64,000 nt of DNA from an uncultured Ruficoccus sp. GTDB lineage: Bacteria; Verrucomicrobiota; Verrucomicrobiia; Opitutales; Cerasicoccaceae. The notes under the pieces are model-generated. The model made no database searches. It had not been told where the DNA came from and was given only the letters and a program-made list of their open reading frames with translations. Each line of letters opens with the position of its first letter. Within the stretch, counting starts at the first letter, position 1. Shown in pieces: positions 30,281 through 40,354 of this stretch. The stretch covers positions 64,001 through 128,000 of the forward strand of contig OZ223481.1 in the NCBI GenBank assembly GCA_965140785.1, in the 5' to 3' direction. A program made the position numbers and the translations under genes.

Positions 30281-31159
30281 TCAGCGCAGCCCGAGACCGT
30301 AGCGGTCCTGAGCCTGCGCGGCGGCTGATTTCATCTCCATGGAGTCGAGAAAATCCGTCAGCGCAGGGGTATTGGGCGGCTCCACGGTAATCTCCGGAAT
30401 CTCAAAGCTGTCCCGCAGGCGGACGAGTTGGAGATTGAGCTCCAGCAACTGGGCCGAGGCGGGCAGAATCTGCTGGAAGCGGGGCGGCTTGATGTCGGCG
30501 GCATGGGCCAACACCCCTTCGATATTCCCGTACTCGGCGATCCAGCGGGCGGCGGTCTTCGGCCCCACCCCGGCGATACCGGGGATGTTGTCTGAGGCGT
30601 CGCCGACCATGGCCAGATAGTCCGGAATTTGCTCAGGGGTGACACCGAATTTCTTCACCACGCCTTCGTGGTCGAGGCGGCGCCAGCCGAGGCGGGGGTT
30701 GGCAGTGGGAGCGGGTAGGAGCTGGCGGATATGGCCGTTGACGAGCTGGGCCAGGTCCTTGTCCGCGCTGACGACGACGACCTGCTGCTCGGGCGAAGCG
30801 AGCTGCCGGGCCGCCGAGGCGATCAAGTCGTCAGCCTCCACCCCGCGTTGGGAAATAACCGGGTAACCCATCAGCCGCGTGAGCTGACGGATGGGCTCCA
30901 TCTGCTGCTGGAGCGCCTCGGGCATCTCTGTCCGGTTGGCCTTGTACTCGGCCAGCAGCTCCAGGTGCCGGTCGGAGCCGCCTTCGTCAAAGAAAACCAC
31001 CAGGCAGTCCGGTCGCTCCATGTCCTCGAGCTTCCAAAGCGTCTTGACCCAGCCATGAAGCGCGCCGGTTGGCACGCCGTCGCTGCGGGTCAGGTCGGGC
31101 AGCGCGTAGTAACTGCGAAACGCGAGATTGAAGCCGTCCAGGAGGAGAACTTTCGCCAT
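30281..31159 (-). CDS. stand-alone 5'-3' exonuclease / flap endonuclease (PolA N-terminal-like)
   Basis: 'LLDGFNLAFRSYYA', 'YKANR', 'EADDLIAS', 'SADKDL', 'GDASDNIPGIAGVGPKTA'. Confidence 0.9.
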   Translation of the reverse strand: MAKVLLLDGFNLAFRSYYALPDLTRSDGVPTGALHGWVKTLWKLEDMERPDCLVVFFDEGGSDRHLELLAEYKANRTEMPEALQQQMEPIRQLTRLMGYPVISQRGVEADDLIASAARQLASPEQQVVVVSADKDLAQLVNGHIRQLLPAPTANPRLGWRRLDHEGVVKKFGVTPEQIPDYLAMVGDASDNIPGIAGVGPKTAARWIAEYGNIEGVLAHAADIKPPRFQQILPASAQLLELNLQLVRLRDSFEIPEITVEPPNTPALTDFLDSMEMKSAAAQAQDRYGLGLR

Positions 31160-31179
31160 AGCAGTAGTAACCCTTAATT

Positions 31180-31216
31180 AAAAAAAGGCGGCAAGACCAT
31201 TCCGGTCCTGCCGCCT
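31180..31216 (-). terminator. intrinsic terminator after the secretin gene
   Basis: Minus strand AGGCGGCAGGACC-GGAAT-GGTCTTGCCGCC followed by a T run. Confidence 0.75.
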
Positions 31217-31239
31217 GTAAAGGTCGATTCCGTGGGGAA

Positions 31240-34041
31240 TTACTGCTCGCTGATTTCGCGGCTGATGCCACCACCCGGAGTCACGAGGATCGGGTTCTGG
31301 AAGAGCGAGTTGGCCTCGACATTGCGCAGGCGCTGGCCGCTCGGCGAACCTCCGGGAGAGATCAGGTTGGCCGTCACGAAGATCAGCAGGTTCTTCTTCG
31401 AGGAGGTTTCACCCTTGGACTGGAACAGACGGCCCAGCAGCGGGATGTCGCCCAGCAGCGGAACCTTGTCGTTGATGGTCTTGACCTCTTCGCGGGTCAA
31501 ACCACCGATGACCACCGTGGCGCCGTCATAGACGGTGACTTCGGTGCGCACCTCGCGGGTGCTGAAGATCGGCTGATAGAAGCCGGAAGGAACCGTAACC
31601 GTCGTTGTACCCGAGATAGCGACACTGGTACCGCCGTATTCGACGAAGCCTTCGAACTCGGTCACACGCGGCTCAAGCTTGAGGGAGATGTTCTGGTTTT
31701 CTTCCACCGTCGGGGTCACTTCCATTTCCACACCGACGTTGCGGACGGTGAAGTCCTGCGGCGTACCGGCGGTGATGGTGACACCGGCGGAACCACCACC
31801 CCCGATGGCGTCACCGGTACCGACTTCGGACTCGATATCGCTGTAGTTCTCCGGATAGCGCAGTTCCTGGGCGACCACGATCTGGGCGGTACGGCCCGAG
31901 AGAACGGTCAGGCGGGGCGAACTGAGGAGGTCGCTGCCTTCCTTGCGGGAGAGGGCGTTGATGATCGCCTCGACGCTCGTACCCAGGATGCTGAAACCGA
32001 TATTGGCCTGCATACCTCCATCTGAGCCCAGGTCAATCGTGTTGGGCAGGCTCGGCGGAGTCTGGGGAATGTCATTCTGTCCGGTAATCGTAATCGCGCT
32101 GGACTGCGAGCTGATGCTAAAGGCAGTGCTCAGAGAACGGTTGTTAGTGTTGATCGAGGTACCGGGAACGGTCAGCGGCGGAGTGCTCGTGCCGGAAATC
32201 GAACGGGCGGTCGTGGAGGACACGTTCCAGTTGATCTGCATTTCGTCGAGTACGCCCTGGTTGACTTCGAGGAACTTGGCTTCGATTTCAACCTGCTTGG
32301 GCTGGTCGTAGCGGCGCAGGATGTTGCGCATCTTTTCCAGGTTCTTCGGAGTCTGGGTCACAATCAGCTGGGTGCCGTCAAAGGCGAGGCTGGAGCCGCT
32401 GGTGCTTTCGAAAGGCACACCGGCCTTCTGGAAGAACTGAAGCAAGGCCTGCTCGGTGTCGGAGGTGCTGTTACCACCGCCGCCGCCACCGCCGCCAGCC
32501 GGGGCGAAGGGATCAGCCGGGGCGCTGGAGCCGGAAGACTCGCCCACTCCACCGGTCAGGCGAATAACCACCCCACGGGAGATCGGGAAGAACTCGGTTT
32601 CGAGGTAGCCGCCGACCTCACCGGGGCGCACGACAACGGCGTCGTTTTGCACGTCCCAGGTGTAGTCCACCGACTGGGTGACGAAGTCGAGAATCTTGTC
32701 GAGGCTCAGGTTACGCAGGGTGATGCTGACCATCGGGTCGTTGCCGCCCCAGTTGGCCGGGACGATGTTGACGCCCTTGTTTTTGGCCTCTTTGGTGGTA
32801 TCGTCAAACTCGACGGAAAGCTCCGAGAGGGTTTCCACCACGCGGGAGAGCGGAACCTGGGCGAAACTAACACGGGGGATTTCGATCCGGGCCAGCTTAT
32901 CCAACAGGGTTTCATCCTTCGGGCCGCCGCCATCCACCGGCTCAACTTCGAAGATCTGGGGGCGCTGCCAGGAGCGGGCGACCTCCTGCAACATTTCGTC
33001 GCGGGTCTTGGAGTGGTCGAGATAATTGGTATCCTTGAGCTGGCGCATGATTTCCACCTGCAGGGCTTTGGCGGCGGGGTTGGTGGGGTCGCGGGCTTCG
33101 ATTTCGCGCAGGGTGCCGGAGGCGCCTTCGTAGTCGCCGTAGAGCATCTGGGCGCGGGCCTTGACCATGAGCTGGTCAACCACCCCCTGGTTCTGCATGA
33201 ACTCCGGGCTCAATTCTTCGGGGTTCTGATACCAGGGGTTGTCCTGCAGATCCTTGATCTTGGCTTCAAAGGCACGGGCGCGTTTGTCGTCACCCAGCTT
33301 TTCGCGGTATTGGGCGAGGTAGGTGGCCGCATCGGCGGCATTGTGGTTGTCCAGCGCTTCCTGCGCCTGATCAAGAATGATGTCTCCGCGCAGTTGGCGG
33401 ATTTTCTCAATGGTGGGAGCTGTGGCGGTATTGAGAGTCAGGGAATTCTGAGCGTCAGCCAGAAGAGCGTCAGCATCAGCGTAGCGCTCGGACTTGATCA
33501 GCTTCTTGGCATCGTCAATGGCTTCATCTGCCATGTCGAGGGCCATGTCCTGGGAGGCGGCCTCAGCCTCCAGCACGGCGTCGAGCTCAGAAGTGGATTC
33601 ACCCGTCGGTGTCGGCGACGTATAGGAGCCGGCATCAACGATCTGCTCGCCATTGGGGTTCTCAGAAACGGCCACAACCGTAGTCGACTGAACGCCAGTC
33701 GAACTCGTGGACGCCGGATTGAATTCTTTGACTCCGGCGGCCTGGCCATAGACCGTCTGTTCTCCCTTTTGCTGGCGTTCGATGTCCTTATTGACGGCGA
33801 GCAGCAGTCGTTGAACATTCACGTCGTCGGGAGCCATGCGGAGCAATTCTTCCAAGTCGGCTTTGGCCTCTTGAAGGTCACCGGCGTCGCGGGCGCGAAT
33901 GGCTGAGGACATCAGGCGAATCTTTTCCTGTGTGTCGCTGCTTTGGCCCATCGAGGGGGTGGCAAGGAAAACCTGTCCCGTCAGCACAAGCGCCAAGCAG
34001 GCAATAGTCGTCAGGCGAGGGAGTTTTAGGATGTTTGTCAT
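31240..34041 (-). CDS. secretin (GspD/PilQ superfamily), Amuc_1098-like
   Basis: 'QVEIEAKFLEV', 'LLSSPRLTVLSG', 'VGVEMEVTP', 'KVPLLGDIPLLGRLF', 'LLIFVTA'. Confidence 0.88.
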   Translation of the reverse strand: MTNILKLPRLTTIACLALVLTGQVFLATPSMGQSSDTQEKIRLMSSAIRARDAGDLQEAKADLEELLRMAPDDVNVQRLLLAVNKDIERQQKGEQTVYGQAAGVKEFNPASTSSTGVQSTTVVAVSENPNGEQIVDAGSYTSPTPTGESTSELDAVLEAEAASQDMALDMADEAIDDAKKLIKSERYADADALLADAQNSLTLNTATAPTIEKIRQLRGDIILDQAQEALDNHNAADAATYLAQYREKLGDDKRARAFEAKIKDLQDNPWYQNPEELSPEFMQNQGVVDQLMVKARAQMLYGDYEGASGTLREIEARDPTNPAAKALQVEIMRQLKDTNYLDHSKTRDEMLQEVARSWQRPQIFEVEPVDGGGPKDETLLDKLARIEIPRVSFAQVPLSRVVETLSELSVEFDDTTKEAKNKGVNIVPANWGGNDPMVSITLRNLSLDKILDFVTQSVDYTWDVQNDAVVVRPGEVGGYLETEFFPISRGVVIRLTGGVGESSGSSAPADPFAPAGGGGGGGGNSTSDTEQALLQFFQKAGVPFESTSGSSLAFDGTQLIVTQTPKNLEKMRNILRRYDQPKQVEIEAKFLEVNQGVLDEMQINWNVSSTTARSISGTSTPPLTVPGTSINTNNRSLSTAFSISSQSSAITITGQNDIPQTPPSLPNTIDLGSDGGMQANIGFSILGTSVEAIINALSRKEGSDLLSSPRLTVLSGRTAQIVVAQELRYPENYSDIESEVGTGDAIGGGGSAGVTITAGTPQDFTVRNVGVEMEVTPTVEENQNISLKLEPRVTEFEGFVEYGGTSVAISGTTTVTVPSGFYQPIFSTREVRTEVTVYDGATVVIGGLTREEVKTINDKVPLLGDIPLLGRLFQSKGETSSKKNLLIFVTANLISPGGSPSGQRLRNVEANSLFQNPILVTPGGGISREISEQ

Positions 34042-34086
34042 GTGTGAGGCAACGTAGATCAGCAATACTAACGCTGAGGTGACTGA

Positions 34087-35034
34087 TTAATTAAAAAAGC
34101 TTTCGAATCCTTCCGGCAAATCACTATCACTTTCTGAGCCGGTTGGCTCATTTTTTTCTTCAGGTTTGGGCTCGGGGTTAACTTTTATGGGGTAAAGCGT
34201 CTTGATTTCAGGCTCCGGCTCGGTGCCGTCGTCCGAAGCAAAGGGAGTTTTTTCGACGGTTGCGGACTGGTTGTCAAAGTTAAACTCTGTTAAAGTGAAC
34301 GCGGCATCGTCAAAGGTTTTCTTATCGCCAATCTTCGTCCAGACGAAGCTTTCCGGCGGGTACGGCGCGGTCGTGGCCATGTGGATTTCAAACTGATCGG
34401 GCACATAACGACGCTCGGCTGTGGTCAGTGTCAGCTGCTCTCCACTGCGGGTATCGTTGATGACGACGGTCGGGTAACGGAAGATTTCCGTAGAGCCTTC
34501 ACGTTCAATCACCTTGCGCTCAACGTTGAACGACACGATTTCGAAATCCTGCGCGGGGAACTTGTCGCCCACACTGCCGCGAATGGTCTCGTGGTTCTCA
34601 TGGTTGTAGAACTGAACAATGGAGTGGTCGAAATCACCGTCGTCAGACTCGAAATAGGCCTCGAACTGAATGCGGAAGAGCTCGCGCTTGACGCTTTCAA
34701 GCACCACGCCGAAAGGTTTTTCCGGCTCCGGGGGCCGATAGGGGGACTGCCAAGTGAGCATGCCTGCCACCGGGTCCCAGTAAATCTTCGGTGGCGTGAA
34801 AACCTCGTAGCGGCGGGCGGGATTGTCGGCAACCGACTGAACATCCGGCCACTCCGTGCTGCCACGTTCGGCCTGCTCGGGCACGGTGACGGGCTCAAAG
34901 GTAGAGCCGGTAGGCTTCCCAGCCTGGGCCTGGCTAGCTGGACCGGCATCCGAGCCCAGAAAATAGAAAGCCAGAGAGCCGGCCAACAGCAGCAAAGCAA
35001 CAGCGAAAAAGATCTTATCGTAAAACTTGTTCAT
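34087..35034 (-). CDS. pilus-system protein, Amuc_1099-like position
   Basis: N-terminal TM; lies between the secretin and the PilO-like gene. Confidence 0.55.
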   Translation of the reverse strand: MNKFYDKIFFAVALLLLAGSLAFYFLGSDAGPASQAQAGKPTGSTFEPVTVPEQAERGSTEWPDVQSVADNPARRYEVFTPPKIYWDPVAGMLTWQSPYRPPEPEKPFGVVLESVKRELFRIQFEAYFESDDGDFDHSIVQFYNHENHETIRGSVGDKFPAQDFEIVSFNVERKVIEREGSTEIFRYPTVVINDTRSGEQLTLTTAERRYVPDQFEIHMATTAPYPPESFVWTKIGDKKTFDDAAFTLTEFNFDNQSATVEKTPFASDDGTEPEPEIKTLYPIKVNPEPKPEEKNEPTGSESDSDLPEGFESFFN

Positions 35035-35049
35035 GCGGCAGTCCGATGA

Positions 35050-36126
35050 TTACATGGGGTTTTTCGAAGAGGTGGTGTCTTCCAGGGTGGCGACATCGGA
35101 TGGTGCCTTCACCAGGACCTTGATGTATTCGACCACGACGGTGAACTGCGAAAGATTTTCCTCAACCACCGGCTCACGAGAGGCCTCACGCGCGGCTTCA
35201 TTGGGAGCGGCATCGGCGTCGCCGCCCATATCAAAAAGGCTGAAGGGGTTGTCGGCACGATTCGAGGACGACGAACGCGCCGTGCTCTTTTGTTGGAAAG
35301 GCTGGACCTCAACGCTGCGCACGACCAGGGGCAACTCGAACTCCTCCAATTGCTTGAGGAACGTCCGCAGGCTGGGCGTATAGCCGGTGAAAACAAAACG
35401 GAACGCCACGGTCTCAACCGCTCCCGGGACGCGGGCGCTGATAGAGCCGACTTCGAACTCGTCCTTGGGGCCATTTGCGTTGCCGGCATTAGAGCGGCGG
35501 GCGTTGCTACCCGAGGCCGTGTCGGACTTCTCGGTCTCCACGTCCTGGATCTGCACCTCGCGCTGGATCGACTCGATCGAGAAGGGCTCGCTGTCGTAGA
35601 GCTTGCGCAGCAGGTAGGCGAGGATCTCCTTTTGCTCGTATATGGCCGGTATGAACTTGGCCGGGGGCGGAGTCCCGCTGTCGAGAAAACGGGAGAAACT
35701 GAAGGCGAAATCGTCGGGAAGCTTGATGCCGGTAGTACCCTCCGGGGCGCCCAGCGGCACAACCTCGGCGGCGTCTTTCGTGAACTGCTCCTTAAAGGCC
35801 TCCAACTGGAAAAGCATGTCGGTCTCGGTCTGGGGCGGTTTCTTCGAGATAAAGGTCGGCACGCGGCCCTTGGTCGCCTCGATCTGTGCCTGCAGGGCCG
35901 TGGCGAGCTCCTGCACGTTCTTCTCGGAGACTTCGGCGTTCTCAGAGGTCGGCGCCGGACTCAGTCCGAGGGCGGACCGGTAGCTGCGCTCGGTCTGATC
36001 GAAACGTTTCTCAGCCTTCGTCAGACCGGTATAAGAGAGGTAAATGAAGACGAGCCCGGCCACAAAGAGCAGGCAGAACACGGCGACAAGGCTGGTAAAA
36101 ACAGGGTATTTTTTAAAGAAGCCCAT
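35050..36126 (-). CDS. Amuc_1100-like (PilO-like) pilus protein
   Basis: N-terminal TM, coiled coil, 'FRFVFTGYTPSLRTFL...PLVVRSVEV'; synteny. Confidence 0.65.
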   Translation of the reverse strand: MGFFKKYPVFTSLVAVFCLLFVAGLVFIYLSYTGLTKAEKRFDQTERSYRSALGLSPAPTSENAEVSEKNVQELATALQAQIEATKGRVPTFISKKPPQTETDMLFQLEAFKEQFTKDAAEVVPLGAPEGTTGIKLPDDFAFSFSRFLDSGTPPPAKFIPAIYEQKEILAYLLRKLYDSEPFSIESIQREVQIQDVETEKSDTASGSNARRSNAGNANGPKDEFEVGSISARVPGAVETVAFRFVFTGYTPSLRTFLKQLEEFELPLVVRSVEVQPFQQKSTARSSSSNRADNPFSLFDMGGDADAAPNEAAREASREPVVEENLSQFTVVVEYIKVLVKAPSDVATLEDTTSSKNPM

Positions 36127-36135
36127 GCTCGGAAA

Positions 36136-37776
36136 TCAAAGGGGTTTCTCCGGATTGGTGATGAGATTAAACTCGAACTTGAGGATGCGCGGATTGCTGT
36201 TGTCGAACCGGATGTTGGCCACCTTGTCGATAAAGTCGGACTCGGTGAAGCTGTTCAACAAGCTGTTCACACGATCGGCAGCCTCCTGGTTGCTCGCGGC
36301 GGGATTTTCCGGATCGTAGTTGGTGATCAGGATGCGGCCCGTCATCTTCAGGCGGTCGCCGGAAGCGCGGTCGAGCTGGAGGTTTTCCAGCCAGACGTCC
36401 TGAACGTCCTGCAGGCGCTGCTGCAAGTCGGTGAAGAAAATTATCCAGTTCGAGCGCGAGTTGACCAGCTCCTCCAAATCGCCGACATCCTTGCTCAGTT
36501 CGGCCGCCTCGTCGCGATTGGAAACGATTTGGCTGTGGAGGGCATTGAGCGGAGCGACTCTGCTCTGCACCTGGCGGGCGGCCTCGTCGTACTTGGCTGT
36601 CGCGCCCTTGAAGGCCAGGATCGGCGGCACGGTGGCCAGCGCCAGAAGAATGGCGGCGATGGCGATAAAGGGGCGCTGCTTGGCGAAACGCATCTCGTCG
36701 GCCAGGCCGGGAGGCAGCAGGTTGATATCCACCGGCTCGGGAAGGACGAGGCGGGAAGCTTCCCCGATCACTTCACCCAGCGAATAGGCATCCACTTCCA
36801 GCTCTTCCTTACTGAGGGAGCCACCGAGGTGAACATTCTGAAGCGGGTCGAAGTAATCAACCGGCACCTTCTGCTGTTCGCTGAGGAACTCGGGCAGGCC
36901 CGGCAGGAGCGAGCCGCGGCCGGTCAGCAGGATGCGGGTCGGGGCCTTGGCCCCGTGCTGGCGGCGGAAATTGACGATCGAACGGGTAATATCCTGGCTG
37001 ATCCGGCGCTGGAAAATCTGCGCGTTATTCTGGAGAATCTGGACCGAGGGGTGATCCGCTTCATAGCTGGTCTGGCCGGAGAAAAAGGCCACCTTGACCT
37101 TTTCAGCCTCATTGAACTTCTTGCCCAGATTGTCGGCCAGGTTCTGCGTCAGGGAATTGCCGCCGAGGGCGATATTGCGAATAAAGAAGCCGTCCTCGTT
37201 AATAAAGACAAGATTCGAGGAACGTGCCCCGATATTGACCAGCAGGGTGTCCTGGTCGTCCTCCTGATAGTTGAGCTTGTAGGCGTTGTAATCGAGGATG
37301 GAGGCCGCCGGAATGCGCTCGGGCGAGATACCGTAGGCGCCGACCTGCTGGCAGAACTCGTTGATCGTGTCGGACTTGATCGCAATCAGGATGACCTCGG
37401 TCTCGACGCCGTCGTCGGCGATCACCTGGTAGTCCCAAACCACGTCGCTCAACGGATAAGGGATGTTCTGCTGAGCCTCGAAGGCGATGATCTGCGCCTG
37501 CTTAGCGGCCTCGACATGGGGAACCTTGATCGTCTTGGTCAGCAGCTGGTAGCCGGGGGCGATCAGGGTGGCGGGGCCGTGGAACTTATTCTGGCGAAGG
37601 ATGTCACCTAGTTTAAGCGTCAATGCGCCCAGCCATTCCTCATCGATGGAGTAATCGTAATCCAACTCCTCGACGATAAAGTCCTCCAACATCAAGTCTC
37701 CGCTATTCACGGAGAAGGTCGAAACGGACACGTGGCTGGCACCACAATTGATAATCAGGGTCTTGGAAGCACTCAT
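36136..37776 (-). CDS. pilM: PilM-like actin-fold protein fused to a PilN-like domain (Amuc_1101-like)
   Basis: 'FEAQQNIPYPLSDVVWDYQ', 'VNIGARSSNL', 'ILLTGRGS', 'INLLP' followed by a TM. Confidence 0.82.
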   Translation of the reverse strand: MSASKTLIINCGASHVSVSTFSVNSGDLMLEDFIVEELDYDYSIDEEWLGALTLKLGDILRQNKFHGPATLIAPGYQLLTKTIKVPHVEAAKQAQIIAFEAQQNIPYPLSDVVWDYQVIADDGVETEVILIAIKSDTINEFCQQVGAYGISPERIPAASILDYNAYKLNYQEDDQDTLLVNIGARSSNLVFINEDGFFIRNIALGGNSLTQNLADNLGKKFNEAEKVKVAFFSGQTSYEADHPSVQILQNNAQIFQRRISQDITRSIVNFRRQHGAKAPTRILLTGRGSLLPGLPEFLSEQQKVPVDYFDPLQNVHLGGSLSKEELEVDAYSLGEVIGEASRLVLPEPVDINLLPPGLADEMRFAKQRPFIAIAAILLALATVPPILAFKGATAKYDEAARQVQSRVAPLNALHSQIVSNRDEAAELSKDVGDLEELVNSRSNWIIFFTDLQQRLQDVQDVWLENLQLDRASGDRLKMTGRILITNYDPENPAASNQEAADRVNSLLNSFTESDFIDKVANIRFDNSNPRILKFEFNLITNPEKPL

Positions 37777-37861
37777 GCGGGGAGACAGGGGTTTTCCAGG
37801 CGTTCGGGCAACAGGGCAAGTAAAATCTTCACGGCGATACGCTTATATCACCTCTTCGCGA

Positions 37862-38455
37862 TTACTTCGGCTCTTTGCGAATAAATGCCGGGGGAGAACG
37901 GTCAATGGGACCGTAAGGTGACAAATAATAAGGCACCAGAATGCCTTCGGTCTGGCTGAGCTGCCCGGAGGCGTTGCTCATAAAGGTGGAGAGCATGGTG
38001 GCATTGTTAACCGTGCGAGAGGTGTTCTTTTCCCGCATCGGCACTTCCTTGCCGTCCACGGTCAGTTCGATCACCCAGTAGTCCGGCTCCTTCGGCAGAT
38101 TGTTGCGATCGATGATGTCTTCGGGAATCCAAAATGCGAACAGCTTATCCTGCAGGGTTTCCATCGTGGCGATGGTCACCTCACTCTGCATGAAGAGAAA
38201 AATCTTCTTTTTCTTGTCGATCTCGTAGCCGACCGTCAGGCGCACACCGATGTTGTCGAGGTACTTGGGGTCGAGCGCCTTGGGGTCGGGATTGTCGTTC
38301 GCGCGCAGCTTGATCGCAATATTGCTCCAGTTGTACTGGCCGACGTTGTTATTGAAATCCACGTCGGTCACCTCGACCGGATCGGTCTGGGCTTGGAGGT
38401 GAAGGAGGCTGGCAACTAGAATCAGGAGGGGTAGGCAACAACGAAACATAGTCAT
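37862..38455 (-). CDS. exported protein, Amuc_1102-like position
   Basis: Signal peptide; first gene of the pilM-secretin cluster. Confidence 0.5.
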   Translation of the reverse strand: MTMFRCCLPLLILVASLLHLQAQTDPVEVTDVDFNNNVGQYNWSNIAIKLRANDNPDPKALDPKYLDNIGVRLTVGYEIDKKKKIFLFMQSEVTIATMETLQDKLFAFWIPEDIIDRNNLPKEPDYWVIELTVDGKEVPMREKNTSRTVNNATMLSTFMSNASGQLSQTEGILVPYYLSPYGPIDRSPPAFIRKEPK

Positions 38456-38583
38456 CGGGGGAGTAAAAAGCACTCGGGCTGGACAGTTCAATCACAAATC
38501 TTGGGCGAAAAAAAAATAAGCGGAGCCGGGGTGGTGTATAACCCACAGTTGACCCGGTTGTTTATCTTTCTATCACTTCGGGG

Positions 38584-39081
38584 ATGGATTCTGTGCTGCC
38601 TTTTCGCATCAGCGTGCTGCTTTTTATCCGGGACGAGACCGGCCGACTGCTGCTCATCGAACGCCGCAAGGCCCCCAATCTGGGCTGTTGGAGCCCCATT
38701 GGCGGCAAGCTGGAGATGACCGAGGGCGAGTCTCCCTACGAGTGCGCCATCCGCGAAACCCGCGAGGAAACCGGCCTGGAAGTGACCGAAAAGGACCTGC
38801 ACCTGTTCTCTATGATCGCCGAAAAGGGCTATGAAGGCTCCGGCCACTGGCTCATGTTCCTCTTCGACTGCCACAAGCCGCTGGCTGCTCTGCCCCCGGA
38901 AATCGACGAGGGCCCGATGGGTTTCTTTACCCGCGAGGAGGTGGACACGCTCAAGGTTCCGCCCTCCGACCGCCACCTGATCTGGCCCAACTACGATCGG
39001 CACAGAACCGGCTTCATCGCCCTGCGGGCCGATTGCCAGCCAGAAACCGATTTACAAATTGTTGTTGAAGAAACGCATTAG
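38584..39081 (+). CDS. NUDIX hydrolase
   Basis: Nudix box 'GGKLEMTEGESPYECAIRETREETG'. Confidence 0.9.
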   Translation: MDSVLPFRISVLLFIRDETGRLLLIERRKAPNLGCWSPIGGKLEMTEGESPYECAIRETREETGLEVTEKDLHLFSMIAEKGYEGSGHWLMFLFDCHKPLAALPPEIDEGPMGFFTREEVDTLKVPPSDRHLIWPNYDRHRTGFIALRADCQPETDLQIVVEETH

Positions 39082-39144
39082 CGGGTTCACATTCGTCAGC
39101 CCTGAACGCCGGGCCTCCACTGCCCGCTCAACCTCTTCTATGCC

Positions 39145-40251
39145 GTGAGCAGCGATACCGATATCTATAAAAAGCCTGAATATGTCAGCGTAATACCCGA
39201 CACGGATTACTCCGATGCCGAGGTCAACAAGGTCCTCACCCCGGAGCAGAAAATCCAGCTCTACCGGGACATGGTCCGCATCCGCCGCTTCGAGGAGCGC
39301 AGCATCCGGGTCTATCAACAGGGCAAGATTGGAGGCTTCCTTCACCTTTACATCGGCCAGGAAGCCGTCGCCGTGGGTACGGTCTCCCTCCTGGGCGCCG
39401 ACGACCACGTCATCACCGCCTACCGTGATCACGGGCACGCTCTGGCCGTAGGCATGAACATGAACGAGTGCATGGCCGAGCTTTGCGGCAAGCACACCGG
39501 CTGCTCCAAGGGCAAGGGCGGGTCGATGCACTTTTTCGCCCCGGACAAGAACTACTGGGGCGGCCACGGTATCGTCGGCGGGCAGACGCCGCTCGGGGCC
39601 GGTCTGGCCTACGCCCTCAAGTACCGCGGCCTGAAGGGCTGCGCCCTGTGCTTCATGGGCGACGGCGCCGTCAACCAGGGTGCCGTGCACGAAGCCTTCA
39701 ACCTCGCCCAACTCTGGGAGCTGCCGGTGATCTACATCATTGAGAACAACGGCTACTCCATGGGCACCAGCCAGGTGCGCTCCTCGGCCTTCAACGAGTA
39801 CCTGGCCAAGCGCGCCGAGGGCTACGCCATGGCCTGGGACGTCGTCAACGGCAACAACCTCTACAGCGTCCGCGCCGCTACCGCCGAGGCCATCAAGCGC
39901 GCTCACGAGGAGTCCATGCCCACCCTGCTGGAGATCATCACCTACCGCTACCGCGGCCACTCCATGTCCGACCCGGACAAGACCTACCGCGAAAAGAAGG
40001 AAGTCCAGGAGTACAAGGAAAAGAAGGACCCGATCACCGTTTTCCAGAAAATCCTGCTGGAGGAAAAAGTCCTCACCGACGAGCTCATCCAGTCCATTGA
40101 CAAGGAGGCCAAACAGGAGGCCGAAGACGCCGCCAGCTTCGCCGACCAGAGCCCGTTCCCGCCCGTGGAATCCATCACGGAGGACATTTACTGGGAGGAA
40201 GACAACCGCAGCGAGAAGACCAACTCCCAGGGAACCATCATCTTTGAATAA
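39145..40251 (+). CDS. pdhA: pyruvate dehydrogenase E1 alpha
   Basis: 'GFLHLYIGQEA', 'GKGGSMH', 'GDGAVNQG...ENN', 'TYRYRGHSMSDP'. Confidence 0.95.
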   Translation: MSSDTDIYKKPEYVSVIPDTDYSDAEVNKVLTPEQKIQLYRDMVRIRRFEERSIRVYQQGKIGGFLHLYIGQEAVAVGTVSLLGADDHVITAYRDHGHALAVGMNMNECMAELCGKHTGCSKGKGGSMHFFAPDKNYWGGHGIVGGQTPLGAGLAYALKYRGLKGCALCFMGDGAVNQGAVHEAFNLAQLWELPVIYIIENNGYSMGTSQVRSSAFNEYLAKRAEGYAMAWDVVNGNNLYSVRAATAEAIKRAHEESMPTLLEIITYRYRGHSMSDPDKTYREKKEVQEYKEKKDPITVFQKILLEEKVLTDELIQSIDKEAKQEAEDAASFADQSPFPPVESITEDIYWEEDNRSEKTNSQGTIIFE

Positions 40252-40282
40252 GCGGGTCGCACCCGCGGGCAATTGAGGGGCT
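40252..40282 (+). repeat. partial REP, copy 6
   Basis: GCGGGTCGCACCCGCGGGCAATTGAGGGGCT right after the pdhA stop. Confidence 0.6.
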
Positions 40283-40354
40283 CCACCGCTGCGCTTACCT
40301 CGCCCGCGACCCCGCCCCCTAAATTTTCTATCTTCTTAACGTCCAAGTTTCGTC

